This document shows positions 29,278 to 38,112 of a stretch of 64,000 bases of DNA, one piece after another; within the stretch, counting starts at the first letter, position 1; every line of letters starts with the position of its first letter. Under the pieces are notes generated by a model. It ran no database searches, had not been told where the DNA came from, and saw only the letters and a program-made list of their open reading frames with translations. The translations under genes were made by a program, and so were the position numbers. This stretch comes from an uncultured Bacteroidia bacterium (GTDB lineage Bacteria; CAIWAD01; BS150m-G50): contig CAZCRT010000007.1 in NCBI GenBank assembly GCA_964501185.1, positions 16,581 through 80,580 of the forward strand, read 5' to 3'.

Positions 29278-29935
29278 CGGTATTCCGCGATTTCCAGTAA
29301 GCAAACTGCTGGAAGAACGGGAGCGATTCGCCTATCTGGGCTCACTCCTCGGCGGTATGATACACAACCTGAATAATCCCCTCAATGCAGTCATGGGTGT
29401 TTCGCAGCTAATGGAGTTGCGACTGCCTGATGATAAGGATATTCCCCGCCTGCTGAAATACATCGATGAACTGGCCAATCAACTGCGGGAGATAACCAGC
29501 AAGGTTCAATTTGAGGAACGGATGCCCCGCATTGACGATCTGCCAGCCTGGCTGGATCAGGAAATGCGGTTCTACCGCTGTCACCTCGGATTCAAGCATG
29601 GTGTTGAGGTGAAGCTGGAACTGGACGCCGGGCGCTTTCCGACCATAGATGTTCCCGGTTTGCCGGTGACGACATTTTTCTTCCGCTTCATAGAGTGGAT
29701 GAGCGGAGTGATTGATCACAAAAAGAAAGCGGAACTGGTTTTACGCACGACACCGGAACCGTCAGATCCGGTACTGCTGCTGGAGTTGCATCTTGTTCAG
29801 GCTGAAGCTGCGACAGCATCTACCCTGGTGGATCTGATTGATCTTCTGGCTGTGGATAATATCGAATGTCAACTTGATATCATCTCCGACACCGATCTTG
29901 CCTGGCAGCTGACTTTTCCCAGACCCCGGGCGTAG
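29270..29935 (+). CDS. Histidine-kinase-like protein with an intact H-box and a degenerate ATPase domain
   Basis: GGMIHNLNNPLNAV H-box. No recognisable N, G1, F or G2 boxes and no sensor domain. Start could be 29261 or 29270. Confidence 0.65.
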   Translation: MTDGIPRFPVSKLLEERERFAYLGSLLGGMIHNLNNPLNAVMGVSQLMELRLPDDKDIPRLLKYIDELANQLREITSKVQFEERMPRIDDLPAWLDQEMRFYRCHLGFKHGVEVKLELDAGRFPTIDVPGLPVTTFFFRFIEWMSGVIDHKKKAELVLRTTPEPSDPVLLLELHLVQAEAATASTLVDLIDLLAVDNIECQLDIISDTDLAWQLTFPRPRA

Positions 29936-30005
29936 TGAGCAGGAAGGCCAACAGCAGCGGCAGGTTCACAAAGAAACAAATCACCACATCCTGACTGGAG
30001 GAAAT

Positions 30006-30386
30006 ATGCCGGAAAACACAGAACAGATTCCGATAGAGGAAAAACGCAAACTGCTCTTTGTACAACTGTTGACTTCATTTCAGCAGGCTGCCTGGACCGG
30101 TCTGGGTAAGATTCAGGGTCCCGATGGTAAAATTGCAATCGATCTGGATGCAGCTTCAGCTTATATCGACCTGCTGGACATGTTGCGTGACCTGACCCAG
30201 GGTAATCTTGAAGATGAACTCTCCAGATTGCTGGAAAAGATGGTCGGTGATCTGAAACTCAACTACCTGGAAGAAAGCAGCAAGAAGAGATCTGCTGATG
30301 AGGAAACCACAGAAGCAGCCGCAGAGGAAGACAATGATCCTCCTGCTGATGAGGGTGCAACAGAAGATCAGACAAAAAGTGAATAG
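30006..30386 (+). CDS. DUF1844 family protein
   Basis: AWTGLGKIQGP...DLDAASAYIDLLDML..LTQGNL...L..LKLNY. Confidence 0.85.
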   Translation: MPENTEQIPIEEKRKLLFVQLLTSFQQAAWTGLGKIQGPDGKIAIDLDAASAYIDLLDMLRDLTQGNLEDELSRLLEKMVGDLKLNYLEESSKKRSADEETTEAAAEEDNDPPADEGATEDQTKSE

Positions 30387-30418
30387 CAGGGTTCTCCCAC
30401 AGCCTGCAAATAAACAGC

Positions 30419-30832
30419 GTGACTTCAACTGTATCCAGCCGTCTGCGACGTGAACTGAAGACCCTGACAATAATGATCAGGCGCTATTGTAATCATCATC
30501 ATGAGCATGACGATGGTGTATCCGGCCTCTGCCCGGAATGTGAGACATTACAGTATTACGCATTACAACGGATCGAGAAGTGCCCCTTCCTCAAACAGGA
30601 AAAACCCGAAGATAATCAGGTAGCGCTTCAGCATGAGCCATCGCAAAATAACAAGACCTGCTTTGAAGTTGAGAAACCACCCTGTGATCAGTGCCCTGTC
30701 CACTGTTATCGGCCGGAAATGCGGGAACAGATCAGGCAGGTAATGAGGTGGACCGGACCCCGGATGTTGTGGCGGCATCCCTGGCTGACACTGTTCCACC
30801 TCTGGAATGGTAGACGTTATAAGGGACAGTAG
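30419..30832 (+). CDS. YgbA / nitrous-oxide-stimulated promoter family protein
   Basis: RELKTL..MI..YC, CPECE.L..YA..RIEKCP, CPVHCY, IRQVMRWTGPRML. Confidence 0.88.
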   Translation: MTSTVSSRLRRELKTLTIMIRRYCNHHHEHDDGVSGLCPECETLQYYALQRIEKCPFLKQEKPEDNQVALQHEPSQNNKTCFEVEKPPCDQCPVHCYRPEMREQIRQVMRWTGPRMLWRHPWLTLFHLWNGRRYKGQ

Positions 30833-30948
30833 ACAGCATACAGAATACAGGAGACAGGTCATCGACTCTATTCTGTAGGAATTGACCCGGAGATCTATTC
30901 GCCTTTTGTATCACAATTTAACGGGATGCGAAAGAGTCAGAATACAAT

Positions 30949-31100
30949 TAATGGAGTTGAGACAGGCGACCGATCGCTACAGGAGGTAAAAACTCAAGTG
31001 CGTGATAACTTTCTCTTATTCTGCTAATGGAGTTGAGACAGGCGACCGATCGCTACAGGAGGTAAAAACTCAAGTGCGTGATAACTTTCTCTTATTCTGC
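30949..31100. repeat. Perfect 2 x 76-bp tandem duplication
   Basis: 30949-31024 is identical to 31025-31100 (TAATGGAGTTGAGACAGG...CTTATTCTGC). Confidence 0.95.
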
Positions 31101-31158
31101 ATTCTACCTGCTGACTACTGCATGCTGCTATTTCTTATCCGGCCAATCCTCGAAATCA

Positions 31159-31187
31159 TTGACAAACAAACAGATCTCAGATAAATT
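31159..31187 (+). promoter_or_regulatory. Putative sigma70 promoter
   Basis: TTGACA (31159-31164), 17-bp spacer, TAAATT (31182-31187). Confidence 0.55.
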
Positions 31188-31207
31188 AAAAGTCTCTGTA
31201 ATTTGGA

Positions 31208-32869
31208 TTGATCTGTTCACCACTGTTGAATAAAACCGACAACCAAGAGCTGGAATTGAAGTATAAAGTTCGCAAAAACAAGACAAAAGAAACCGATATT
31301 GATCTGTCCTTCCTGCAGCAGGAGATTAATACCGACCTGCTGGAACAGCTTTACGACATTGTAGCCACTCATCCAGAACATATCGCTGTTCGCTGGCATG
31401 AAGAACAGCTGAGCTACGGTATGCTGATGCAGCGAGTGGAACAAACAGCTCTGAAGCTGCGCGAGCAGGGTGTTAACGAACAATCACGTTTACTACTGTT
31501 TCACCCGAACAGTATTGAATATGTTATCCTGTTACTGGCCGGCCTAACTACCGGGGCAGTGTTAATTCCAATCGACTATAAACTGACCCCCGATCTGCTT
31601 CAGCGTGTTATTCATGAAGCAGCACCCAATTTTGCCAGTTATCCGGCTCACATGGCAGATCGCATCCGCCGTGAAGAGCACATGTTTGCCAGAGACATCC
31701 GTTTCCTGATATCTGATGCTGATGGAGAGCCGGGACCGCAGGCAACCCACATCAATACAGACTTTCTGGAGCAGGCTGCGCCCCGGGTAAATCAGCATGT
31801 TCAAACCCGTATTGTGTATTTCTATCGCAACCAGCGTGGCAGGATGATCGGTGCGGAGTTCCGGGTGAATAAGCTGGTATCGCAGGCTCACAAAGTGCGT
31901 CGCCGGTTTTCGATCTTCAAGTCAGATCACCTGCTCTGTCAGATGTCGCTGGCACATTACGTAGTGCTTTCCAATATGCTGTTTCCATCCCTGCTTTCCT
32001 CAGCCACTCTGCTATTGCTGGACCGTGAAGAGGATGACAACCGGGTGGATGAGATCATCGAGCGCTACAGACCACACCTGATGGTCAATACGCGCAAGTA
32101 CTATTACATTTTGCTCAAGCATTTACGTGATAGCGGTCGCAAACACAAAATCGTGAATTGTGTCATGATTTACGATGGCACCAGACTGGACTGGATGGAG
32201 GAATTTGAGGAGCAATTCAGAGCGCATCTGCTTCCGGGCCTCGCCTCCCCTTTGATTGCCGGTTTTGTAACACTGACCCTGCCTTTTCTCTGCCGGGTGG
32301 AGGGTTCCGTCGGGACACCGATGATCGGGATCGAGTACCATATCATTAACAGGGATGGAGAAGTACTACCTGCCGGGGAGTGGGGAGAACTGGTGATTGA
32401 TTCACCCTACGGACTGGATAATTTCTACAACAATACGGACCTCCAGTTCGAGAAGGCTGTTGAAGACTACTATCGTACGCATCAGATGGCCCGGCAGGAT
32501 GCCGGTGGTTATCTTTACCTGGCAGATGAAGTACAGGATGTTATCCGGATGCGTGGATTCGATATCTCTCCTCTTGAAATAGAGGAGGAATTGATGAAGC
32601 TGCCTGGTGTGGATGATGCTGTTGCCACAAATGGATTTACCCGTCGTAATGAGACGATTATTGCTTTCGTGAAGCTGGAGGAAGGGTCACAGCTTGCCAG
32701 CGATGAGGTTCTCCACGAGGCCTGTCAGGCAATGCCCGGCTATCTGCATCCGGAACAGGTTCTGCTGGTTGAAGAGATCCCGTACAATAACGAAGATCGC
32801 AAGATGCGTCTCGAATTGAAGAATAGAATGGAAAATAAGATAACAGGAGGTTCAAGTGAGTCAGTTTAA
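31208..32869 (+). CDS. Class I adenylate-forming (AMP-binding, acyl-CoA synthetase-like) protein with degenerate catalytic motifs
   Basis: The fold is recognisable (LSYGML..RV..A, GAVLIPID, SVGTPMIG, GELVI, GYLYL..DVI..RG..ISPLEIEEEL), but the P-loop and TGD motifs are absent. The start is uncertain. Confidence 0.75.
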   Translation: MICSPLLNKTDNQELELKYKVRKNKTKETDIDLSFLQQEINTDLLEQLYDIVATHPEHIAVRWHEEQLSYGMLMQRVEQTALKLREQGVNEQSRLLLFHPNSIEYVILLLAGLTTGAVLIPIDYKLTPDLLQRVIHEAAPNFASYPAHMADRIRREEHMFARDIRFLISDADGEPGPQATHINTDFLEQAAPRVNQHVQTRIVYFYRNQRGRMIGAEFRVNKLVSQAHKVRRRFSIFKSDHLLCQMSLAHYVVLSNMLFPSLLSSATLLLLDREEDDNRVDEIIERYRPHLMVNTRKYYYILLKHLRDSGRKHKIVNCVMIYDGTRLDWMEEFEEQFRAHLLPGLASPLIAGFVTLTLPFLCRVEGSVGTPMIGIEYHIINRDGEVLPAGEWGELVIDSPYGLDNFYNNTDLQFEKAVEDYYRTHQMARQDAGGYLYLADEVQDVIRMRGFDISPLEIEEELMKLPGVDDAVATNGFTRRNETIIAFVKLEEGSQLASDEVLHEACQAMPGYLHPEQVLLVEEIPYNNEDRKMRLELKNRMENKITGGSSESV

Positions 32870-34940
32870 ACCAGAGGATATCCGCAATGTGGTTGTTATA
32901 GGCCACGAAGGAAGTGGCAAAACCATGTTGACAGAAGCATTCCTCAGGAGTATGGGTGAAATCATCCGTATGGGGTCGATCGAGGATGGCTCAACCGTTT
33001 GTGATCATAATCAGGAAGAGATAGACCGCACGAAATCGATCAGTCTGGCGCTCTGTCAGGGACAGCACAAGGGTAAGAAGATCAACCTGCTGGATACACC
33101 CGGATTCGCTGAGTTTTCCGGAGAGGTGCTGACCGGTGTCCGTGTGGCTGATTCCGCTGTAGTAACTGTTTCCGCACAGAACGGCGTAGAAGTCGGTACG
33201 GAACTTTTCTGGGAGCAGGCCAGGCAGCGTGATCTTTCGGGACTGTTTGTGATCAATCATCTCGATAAAGAACAGGCGAATTTTGACAGTACTCTGGACG
33301 AGCTGAAGCAGGTTTTCGGCAGCGCCATTCTCCCATTACAGATTCCGGTGAACGCTGGCAGTGAGAACTTTGACACAGTTATTGACCTCGGGCTTATGAA
33401 GCAGCTCAAGTTTACCACTGATGGTTCCGGAGATTACACAGAGGAAGAACTCAGTGGTGATGCCAGGTCCCAGGCTGACGAGATGCTGGAGGCAATGACT
33501 GAAACTGTCGCCGAAAGTGATGACGAACTACTCGAAAAATTCTTTGAAGCCGGCGAGCTGACTCCTGACGAATTCAAGGCCGGTCTGGAAAAGGGAATTG
33601 CGACTGGCAAGATTTACCCGGTTCTCTGTTCTGTAGCTTCCCGTAATCGCGGCCCCCGTCGGATTCTGGACATGCTGGCGGATTACTTCCCCGCGCCCAG
33701 CGACCGTCCCGGTGAAGTTGTGAAATCAGGGGACAGCGAGAAAGAGATCAGTTGTGCACCCGATGGTGAGCTTTCCGCGATGGTTTTCAAGACTGTTGTG
33801 GAAAAGCATGTGGGTGAGCTTTCCTTTTTCCGTGTTTTTAGTGGTAAGGCTACTACAGGTGCTGAAGTCAAGAATGTTTCCCAGAAGGGAGATACTACCA
33901 AATTTGGGCAGCTGTTTTATCCTGCCGGTAAGAATCGCAAGGATACCGATGCTGTTATCGCCGGTGATATCGGTGTGACTGTCAAGATGAAAAGTTGCCG
34001 CACAGGTGATTCACTGATTCCGAAGAGTGGGAACTATACCTTTGCACCGGTGAATTTCCCTGAAACGGTACACGATGAAGCGATCAAGGCTGTAACCGAA
34101 GGTGATGAGGAAAAGATATCCACCGGCCTGCAGGCGCTGATGGCTGAGGATCCATCCTTCCAGGTTATTCACAGTGCCGAGCTGAATCAGATTATCATTG
34201 CCGGGCAGGGTGAGATGCAGCTGCAGATTCTGGTCGAGAAGCTGAAGACCCGTTATGGAGTTGAAGCCAGGCTCAGCGAACCGGGTGTTCCATTCCGTGA
34301 AACAATTACCGCCAGGGCTGATGAGAAATACAGGCATAAAAAGCAGTCCGGTGGCGCCGGGCAGTTTGCTGAGGTCTGGATGCGGATCGAGCCGATGGAA
34401 CGTGGCGGTGATTTTGAATTCGCCTCCGAAGTCGTCGGTGGTAATATCTCCCAGCCTTTCATCCCCGCTATCGAGAAGGGTATCAAGCAGGTCATGAACC
34501 AGGGTATCGTTTCCGGTCACAAAGTTGTTGATGTAAAAGCAATTGTCTACGACGGTAAGGAACACCCGGTGGACAGTAAGGATATCGCTTTCCAGATTGC
34601 CGGCCGGGAGGTTTTCAAGATGGCAGTCAAGAAGGCCAAACCGATCCTGCTGGAGCCGATCTATGATATCCGGGTCAAGGTGCCGGAAGACTACATGGGT
34701 GATGTGATGGGCGACATTTCCTCCCGCCGTGGAAAAATCCAGGGTATGGAAGCGGAAGGACGCTATCAGGTCATCAATGCCAAAGTGCCGCTGGCAGACC
34801 TGTATCGCTACTGCACACACCTGCGTTCAATGACACAGGGGCGCGGTATTTTCTCCCGTACTTTCTCACACTATGAGAAGATGCCGGAAGAAGAGGCGAA
34901 GAAGGTTGTCGCCGCCTATGAATCCAGCCAGGTGGAGTAG
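32856..34940 (+). CDS. fusA: Elongation factor G-like protein (EF-G2 type paralog)
   Basis: 694 aa with the EF-G domain layout (KKQSGGAGQFA, PILLEP, DISSRRG, LRSMTQGRG). G-motifs are variant: GHEGSGKT, DTPGF, NHLD. Confidence 0.9.
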   Translation: MSQFKPEDIRNVVVIGHEGSGKTMLTEAFLRSMGEIIRMGSIEDGSTVCDHNQEEIDRTKSISLALCQGQHKGKKINLLDTPGFAEFSGEVLTGVRVADSAVVTVSAQNGVEVGTELFWEQARQRDLSGLFVINHLDKEQANFDSTLDELKQVFGSAILPLQIPVNAGSENFDTVIDLGLMKQLKFTTDGSGDYTEEELSGDARSQADEMLEAMTETVAESDDELLEKFFEAGELTPDEFKAGLEKGIATGKIYPVLCSVASRNRGPRRILDMLADYFPAPSDRPGEVVKSGDSEKEISCAPDGELSAMVFKTVVEKHVGELSFFRVFSGKATTGAEVKNVSQKGDTTKFGQLFYPAGKNRKDTDAVIAGDIGVTVKMKSCRTGDSLIPKSGNYTFAPVNFPETVHDEAIKAVTEGDEEKISTGLQALMAEDPSFQVIHSAELNQIIIAGQGEMQLQILVEKLKTRYGVEARLSEPGVPFRETITARADEKYRHKKQSGGAGQFAEVWMRIEPMERGGDFEFASEVVGGNISQPFIPAIEKGIKQVMNQGIVSGHKVVDVKAIVYDGKEHPVDSKDIAFQIAGREVFKMAVKKAKPILLEPIYDIRVKVPEDYMGDVMGDISSRRGKIQGMEAEGRYQVINAKVPLADLYRYCTHLRSMTQGRGIFSRTFSHYEKMPEEEAKKVVAAYESSQVE

Positions 34941-34969
34941 TCCGGCTGACCGATTGAGAAGAGAAACGG

Positions 34970-35003
34970 GCCGGACTGCATCATGTATGTGGTCCGGCTT
35001 TTT
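34970..35003 (+). terminator. Putative Rho-independent terminator
   Basis: GCCGGACTGCAT / ATGTGGTCCGGC stem with G-U pairs, followed by TTTTT. Confidence 0.7.
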
Positions 35004-35030
35004 CAATTTGAACCATGCAGGAGTGACGAT

Positions 35031-35531
35031 ATGGATAAGCTCTGGGCCCCCTGGCGCATGCAGTATATCGAGCAGATTGATGATTCGGAGGGGGAGGGGT
35101 GTATCTTCTGCAGTAAACCCGGGCAGAAGAATGACCGGGAAAACCTGCTGCTTCACCGCTCTGAGCACGCCTATGTGTTGATGAATCTCTTTCCTTACAA
35201 TAACGGTCACCTGCTGATCATCCCCTTCCATCATAGCGGTGACCTGCTGGATTGCAAACCGGAGGTTCTGCAAAACTGTCAGGAGCTGCTGCAGCTCAGC
35301 ATGCGTGTTCTGAATGCAGCCTGGCAACCACAGGGTTTCAACATAGGGCTGAATCAGGGACGCTGTGCCGGTGCGGGTATAGATCAACACCTCCATTATC
35401 ACATTGTGCCACGTTGGTCAGGTGACACCAATTTCATGCCGCTTCTGGGTGAGACGAAGGTCATCTCTCATGAACTGGGAAAATCCTGGGATAAGCTGCA
35501 GCCACTGTTTGAAGAGTATAGCAGGCTATGA
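35031..35531 (+). CDS. HIT family hydrolase (Ap4A phosphorylase-like)
   Basis: LWAPWR..YI, CIFC, NLFPYNNGH, HLHYHIVPRW.GD. RBS AGGAG. Confidence 0.92.
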   Translation: MDKLWAPWRMQYIEQIDDSEGEGCIFCSKPGQKNDRENLLLHRSEHAYVLMNLFPYNNGHLLIIPFHHSGDLLDCKPEVLQNCQELLQLSMRVLNAAWQPQGFNIGLNQGRCAGAGIDQHLHYHIVPRWSGDTNFMPLLGETKVISHELGKSWDKLQPLFEEYSRL

Positions 35532-36682
35532 AGCACCCGTTGCCACTACATCTGATTATAATTGCTCTAGTGTTGCTGTCCGGGTGCGCCCCCACTGCGG
35601 TAGTAACCCGAGACCCGGTTGAACACTATCAGGCTGTCAGGGTGGGTGATCCTCTACAGTTGTATGTTACCCGACTGCCGGCTGACCTGAAGCAGGGTCT
35701 GGCTGATCGCAGCCCGCAATTTATGACTGCAGCAGACAGTGCGGAAATGAGGGATTTCAAGCGGTGGTTGAGTAGTGAGTTCTTTCTCACCTGCCGGGTG
35801 CCGGTCACTGTACCACCTGACTCTCTGGTGGACCAGTATCTCAAACTTGCCGGGCATTCCTGGTATCTGCGTCATATCCTGCTGGCAGATTCGATGACTG
35901 CCCGGGAAGTTGAAAAAGCTCTGGAGTCAAATGCTGATTTTGCTTCACTGGCAATCGCAAGCAGTCTGGATCCAGGTAGCGCAGGGCAGGGTGGTGTACT
36001 CCCCCCGACACATCTGGCGGAAACGGTGTTTGCTTTTGAGCAGGCTTTTCTGGACCTGCAGCCCGGAGAAATGTCATCGCCGGTTACGACTCCATTCGGC
36101 TGGCATCTGATACAGCTTGACTCCCTGATTGATTGTGATACACTTTTCAAAAGCGATGAAGATATTGTGGCACATCTGGAACGTGCGCTGCACAACCGGG
36201 CCACAAATGACTATATGACCGGTTTGTATCACAAATACAGGGTGGTAATCGATGAGGACAACTGGGGCAGCCAGGCCCCGGCGGCAGTCTGGGACGAACG
36301 CCAGTTGCCGGTAGAAGACTCTGATTGCCTCCTGCCACAGCATGGTGAATACTATTCAGAAGGACGCAGATGTGTCAGCGGTATAGCACTTGACAGCCTG
36401 CTCCGGGTTGCATTCTCCGGCAAGATTGAGGTGGATTCTTTCGACGATAGTTTTCGGCTTGATTTCCTGCACCACTTCATCGATCAGGAGTTGCTTTACC
36501 GGCAGTCAATGATCACCGGTTTTTGCGCAGGCAATGATATACAACTGGCGCTGGAGAAGAAACGGACGCTTGTCAGGGCATCCGCAACGCTGCGTGGGTT
36601 GTTGCCTGTAAATGAAACGGCTGAGGATCTACCCTCACCCGAGCAGTTGTGGGAGCTGCTTGACAAGAATATGAATCCTTAG
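35528..36682 (+). CDS. PpiC/parvulin-type peptidylprolyl isomerase lipoprotein
   Basis: Lipobox LLSG-C, LRHILL, FASLA..SSLD.GSA.QGG.L, S.PV.TPFGWHLIQL. Confidence 0.8.
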   Translation: MKHPLPLHLIIIALVLLSGCAPTAVVTRDPVEHYQAVRVGDPLQLYVTRLPADLKQGLADRSPQFMTAADSAEMRDFKRWLSSEFFLTCRVPVTVPPDSLVDQYLKLAGHSWYLRHILLADSMTAREVEKALESNADFASLAIASSLDPGSAGQGGVLPPTHLAETVFAFEQAFLDLQPGEMSSPVTTPFGWHLIQLDSLIDCDTLFKSDEDIVAHLERALHNRATNDYMTGLYHKYRVVIDEDNWGSQAPAAVWDERQLPVEDSDCLLPQHGEYYSEGRRCVSGIALDSLLRVAFSGKIEVDSFDDSFRLDFLHHFIDQELLYRQSMITGFCAGNDIQLALEKKRTLVRASATLRGLLPVNETAEDLPSPEQLWELLDKNMNP

Positions 36683-37035
36683 AATCCACAGGTCAAAAAG
36701 GCCAGAATAGAACTGCCGGCAATCAGAAACGCCAGTAGTGTGCCCACTATCCCCGCCAGTGCCAGCACACCCATAATTGTGAAGTAGGTGCGCAGGTTGT
36801 TCATAGTCCTGATGAATTCTTCACTACTGCCTGACAGCTGAGCCACTTCGACACTGTTCCCCGCCCGCAACAGGAGAATCCCCTGCCAGATTGGCAGCCA
36901 GCATATCAGTATACCGATTATTGTCATCGCTGTCAGTACACCATACAGAATGCTGAGAATGCCGAGTAATTTGAGCCAGCTCCGTGATTGGAAAAGTGGT
37001 ATCGATAGTTGCTTAACCAGATTACTTTCTTCCAT
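36679..37035 (-). CDS. DUF5362 family membrane protein
   Basis: WLKLLGILSI..G, LPIWQGILL, LRTYFTIMG. Confidence 0.8.
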   Translation of the reverse strand: MEESNLVKQLSIPLFQSRSWLKLLGILSILYGVLTAMTIIGILICWLPIWQGILLLRAGNSVEVAQLSGSSEEFIRTMNNLRTYFTIMGVLALAGIVGTLLAFLIAGSSILAFLTCGF

Positions 37036-37161
37036 AGGTTCTCCATTAGTACACAGTTGCTATCATTTCCACGACCATTTATATCTCCTCAGAAGTGAAG
37101 TAGCAGGTCCTCATCTACAGCGAATGCCTGCAAGAAAGTGTCTGCTCGATTTACTGGGAAA

Positions 37162-37370
37162 GTCATTCCCGCGAAGGCGGGAATCCAGTCTCTATAAGAT
37201 TAAGCAATACAAATCAGCTTATTATGATACATATCAATCAGTCAAATTCGCTTCCATTCTTCCTGGTCAGACAGCGATTACACCGGATGTGGTTTACCCT
37301 GCTGATCATGATTGTGATACATCTGGTATTTTCTTGACTACTCCTGGATTCCCGCCTACGCGGGAATGAC
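37162..37370. repeat. Inverted pair of GTCATTCCCGC-type REP-like palindromes
   Basis: GTCATTCCCGCGAAGGCGGGAATCCAG (37162-37188) and CTGGATTCCCGCCTACGCGGGAATGAC (37344-37370). Confidence 0.85.
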
Positions 37371-37422
37371 GTTTCGGGGTAACCAGATGATCTTCTGGAG
37401 ATATTACCGGATGCCCTCTCCA

Positions 37423-38100
37423 TCAGGGAACATACTCCTCCAGAATGAAGCTGCTCTGAAAACTGTGTGCCTGAAAGTCAAGCAATGGTGATTCCTCCCG
37501 CACCTTGCCGCTGTCCGGTGCGAAATAATACCAGGTGCGGTTACCGGTAGCGGGATAACTATAAACCAGAGCCATCCGGTCACCTGTCAATAATCCCTGC
37601 AGGGAATCACCGGTAGCAGGGGTAATTTCCACTGTGGTAATATAGGGACTTACCAGAGCCTGATTATTGTCGTCCACCATCCGGGTGGTATAAGTATGCT
37701 GGAAGGGTGCTGCCCCCGGCTGCAGGGGCAACCATTCCGGAAACCAGGGGTCAAAACTGATGTGACGATTACTGGTCAGAGCATGAATCGAAAGCATTTT
37801 TACAGTATCTTCGTCAACCACCAGCAGCTGGCGGCTGATCGGAAGGTCATTAGAACTGACTGTCAGCTCCCAGCTCTCAGGGAATCGCATGCCAGAGCTG
37901 GAAGTAACCGGCCCTGCCAGTCTGGCCACAACCTGATGCCTGGCCATGGTGGTACCCTCAGGACCGAGCTGACTCTCATTGTAAATCCATTTCCCACCAT
38001 CTGACAGTGGATAATAAACCGGCCCCCGGGATTGCTTTTCGCTGCAGGAAACAAGCAGCGTCATGATCGCAATCAGTGAAACAAGGTGTTGTCTACGCAT
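37423..38100 (-). CDS. Hypothetical lipoprotein
   Basis: Lipobox LLVS-C. YYPL..G.KW.Y start and YYFAPDSGKVR end. Confidence 0.65.
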   Translation of the reverse strand: MRRQHLVSLIAIMTLLVSCSEKQSRGPVYYPLSDGGKWIYNESQLGPEGTTMARHQVVARLAGPVTSSSGMRFPESWELTVSSNDLPISRQLLVVDEDTVKMLSIHALTSNRHISFDPWFPEWLPLQPGAAPFQHTYTTRMVDDNNQALVSPYITTVEITPATGDSLQGLLTGDRMALVYSYPATGNRTWYYFAPDSGKVREESPLLDFQAHSFQSSFILEEYVP

Positions 38101-38112
38101 GGTTACCTCTTG

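Noticed and set aside
36950-37369. 139-aa plus-strand ORF spanning the REP pair
   Set aside because: It overlaps DUF5362 antisense, reads through palindromes (SFPRRRES) and has no RBS or family signal.
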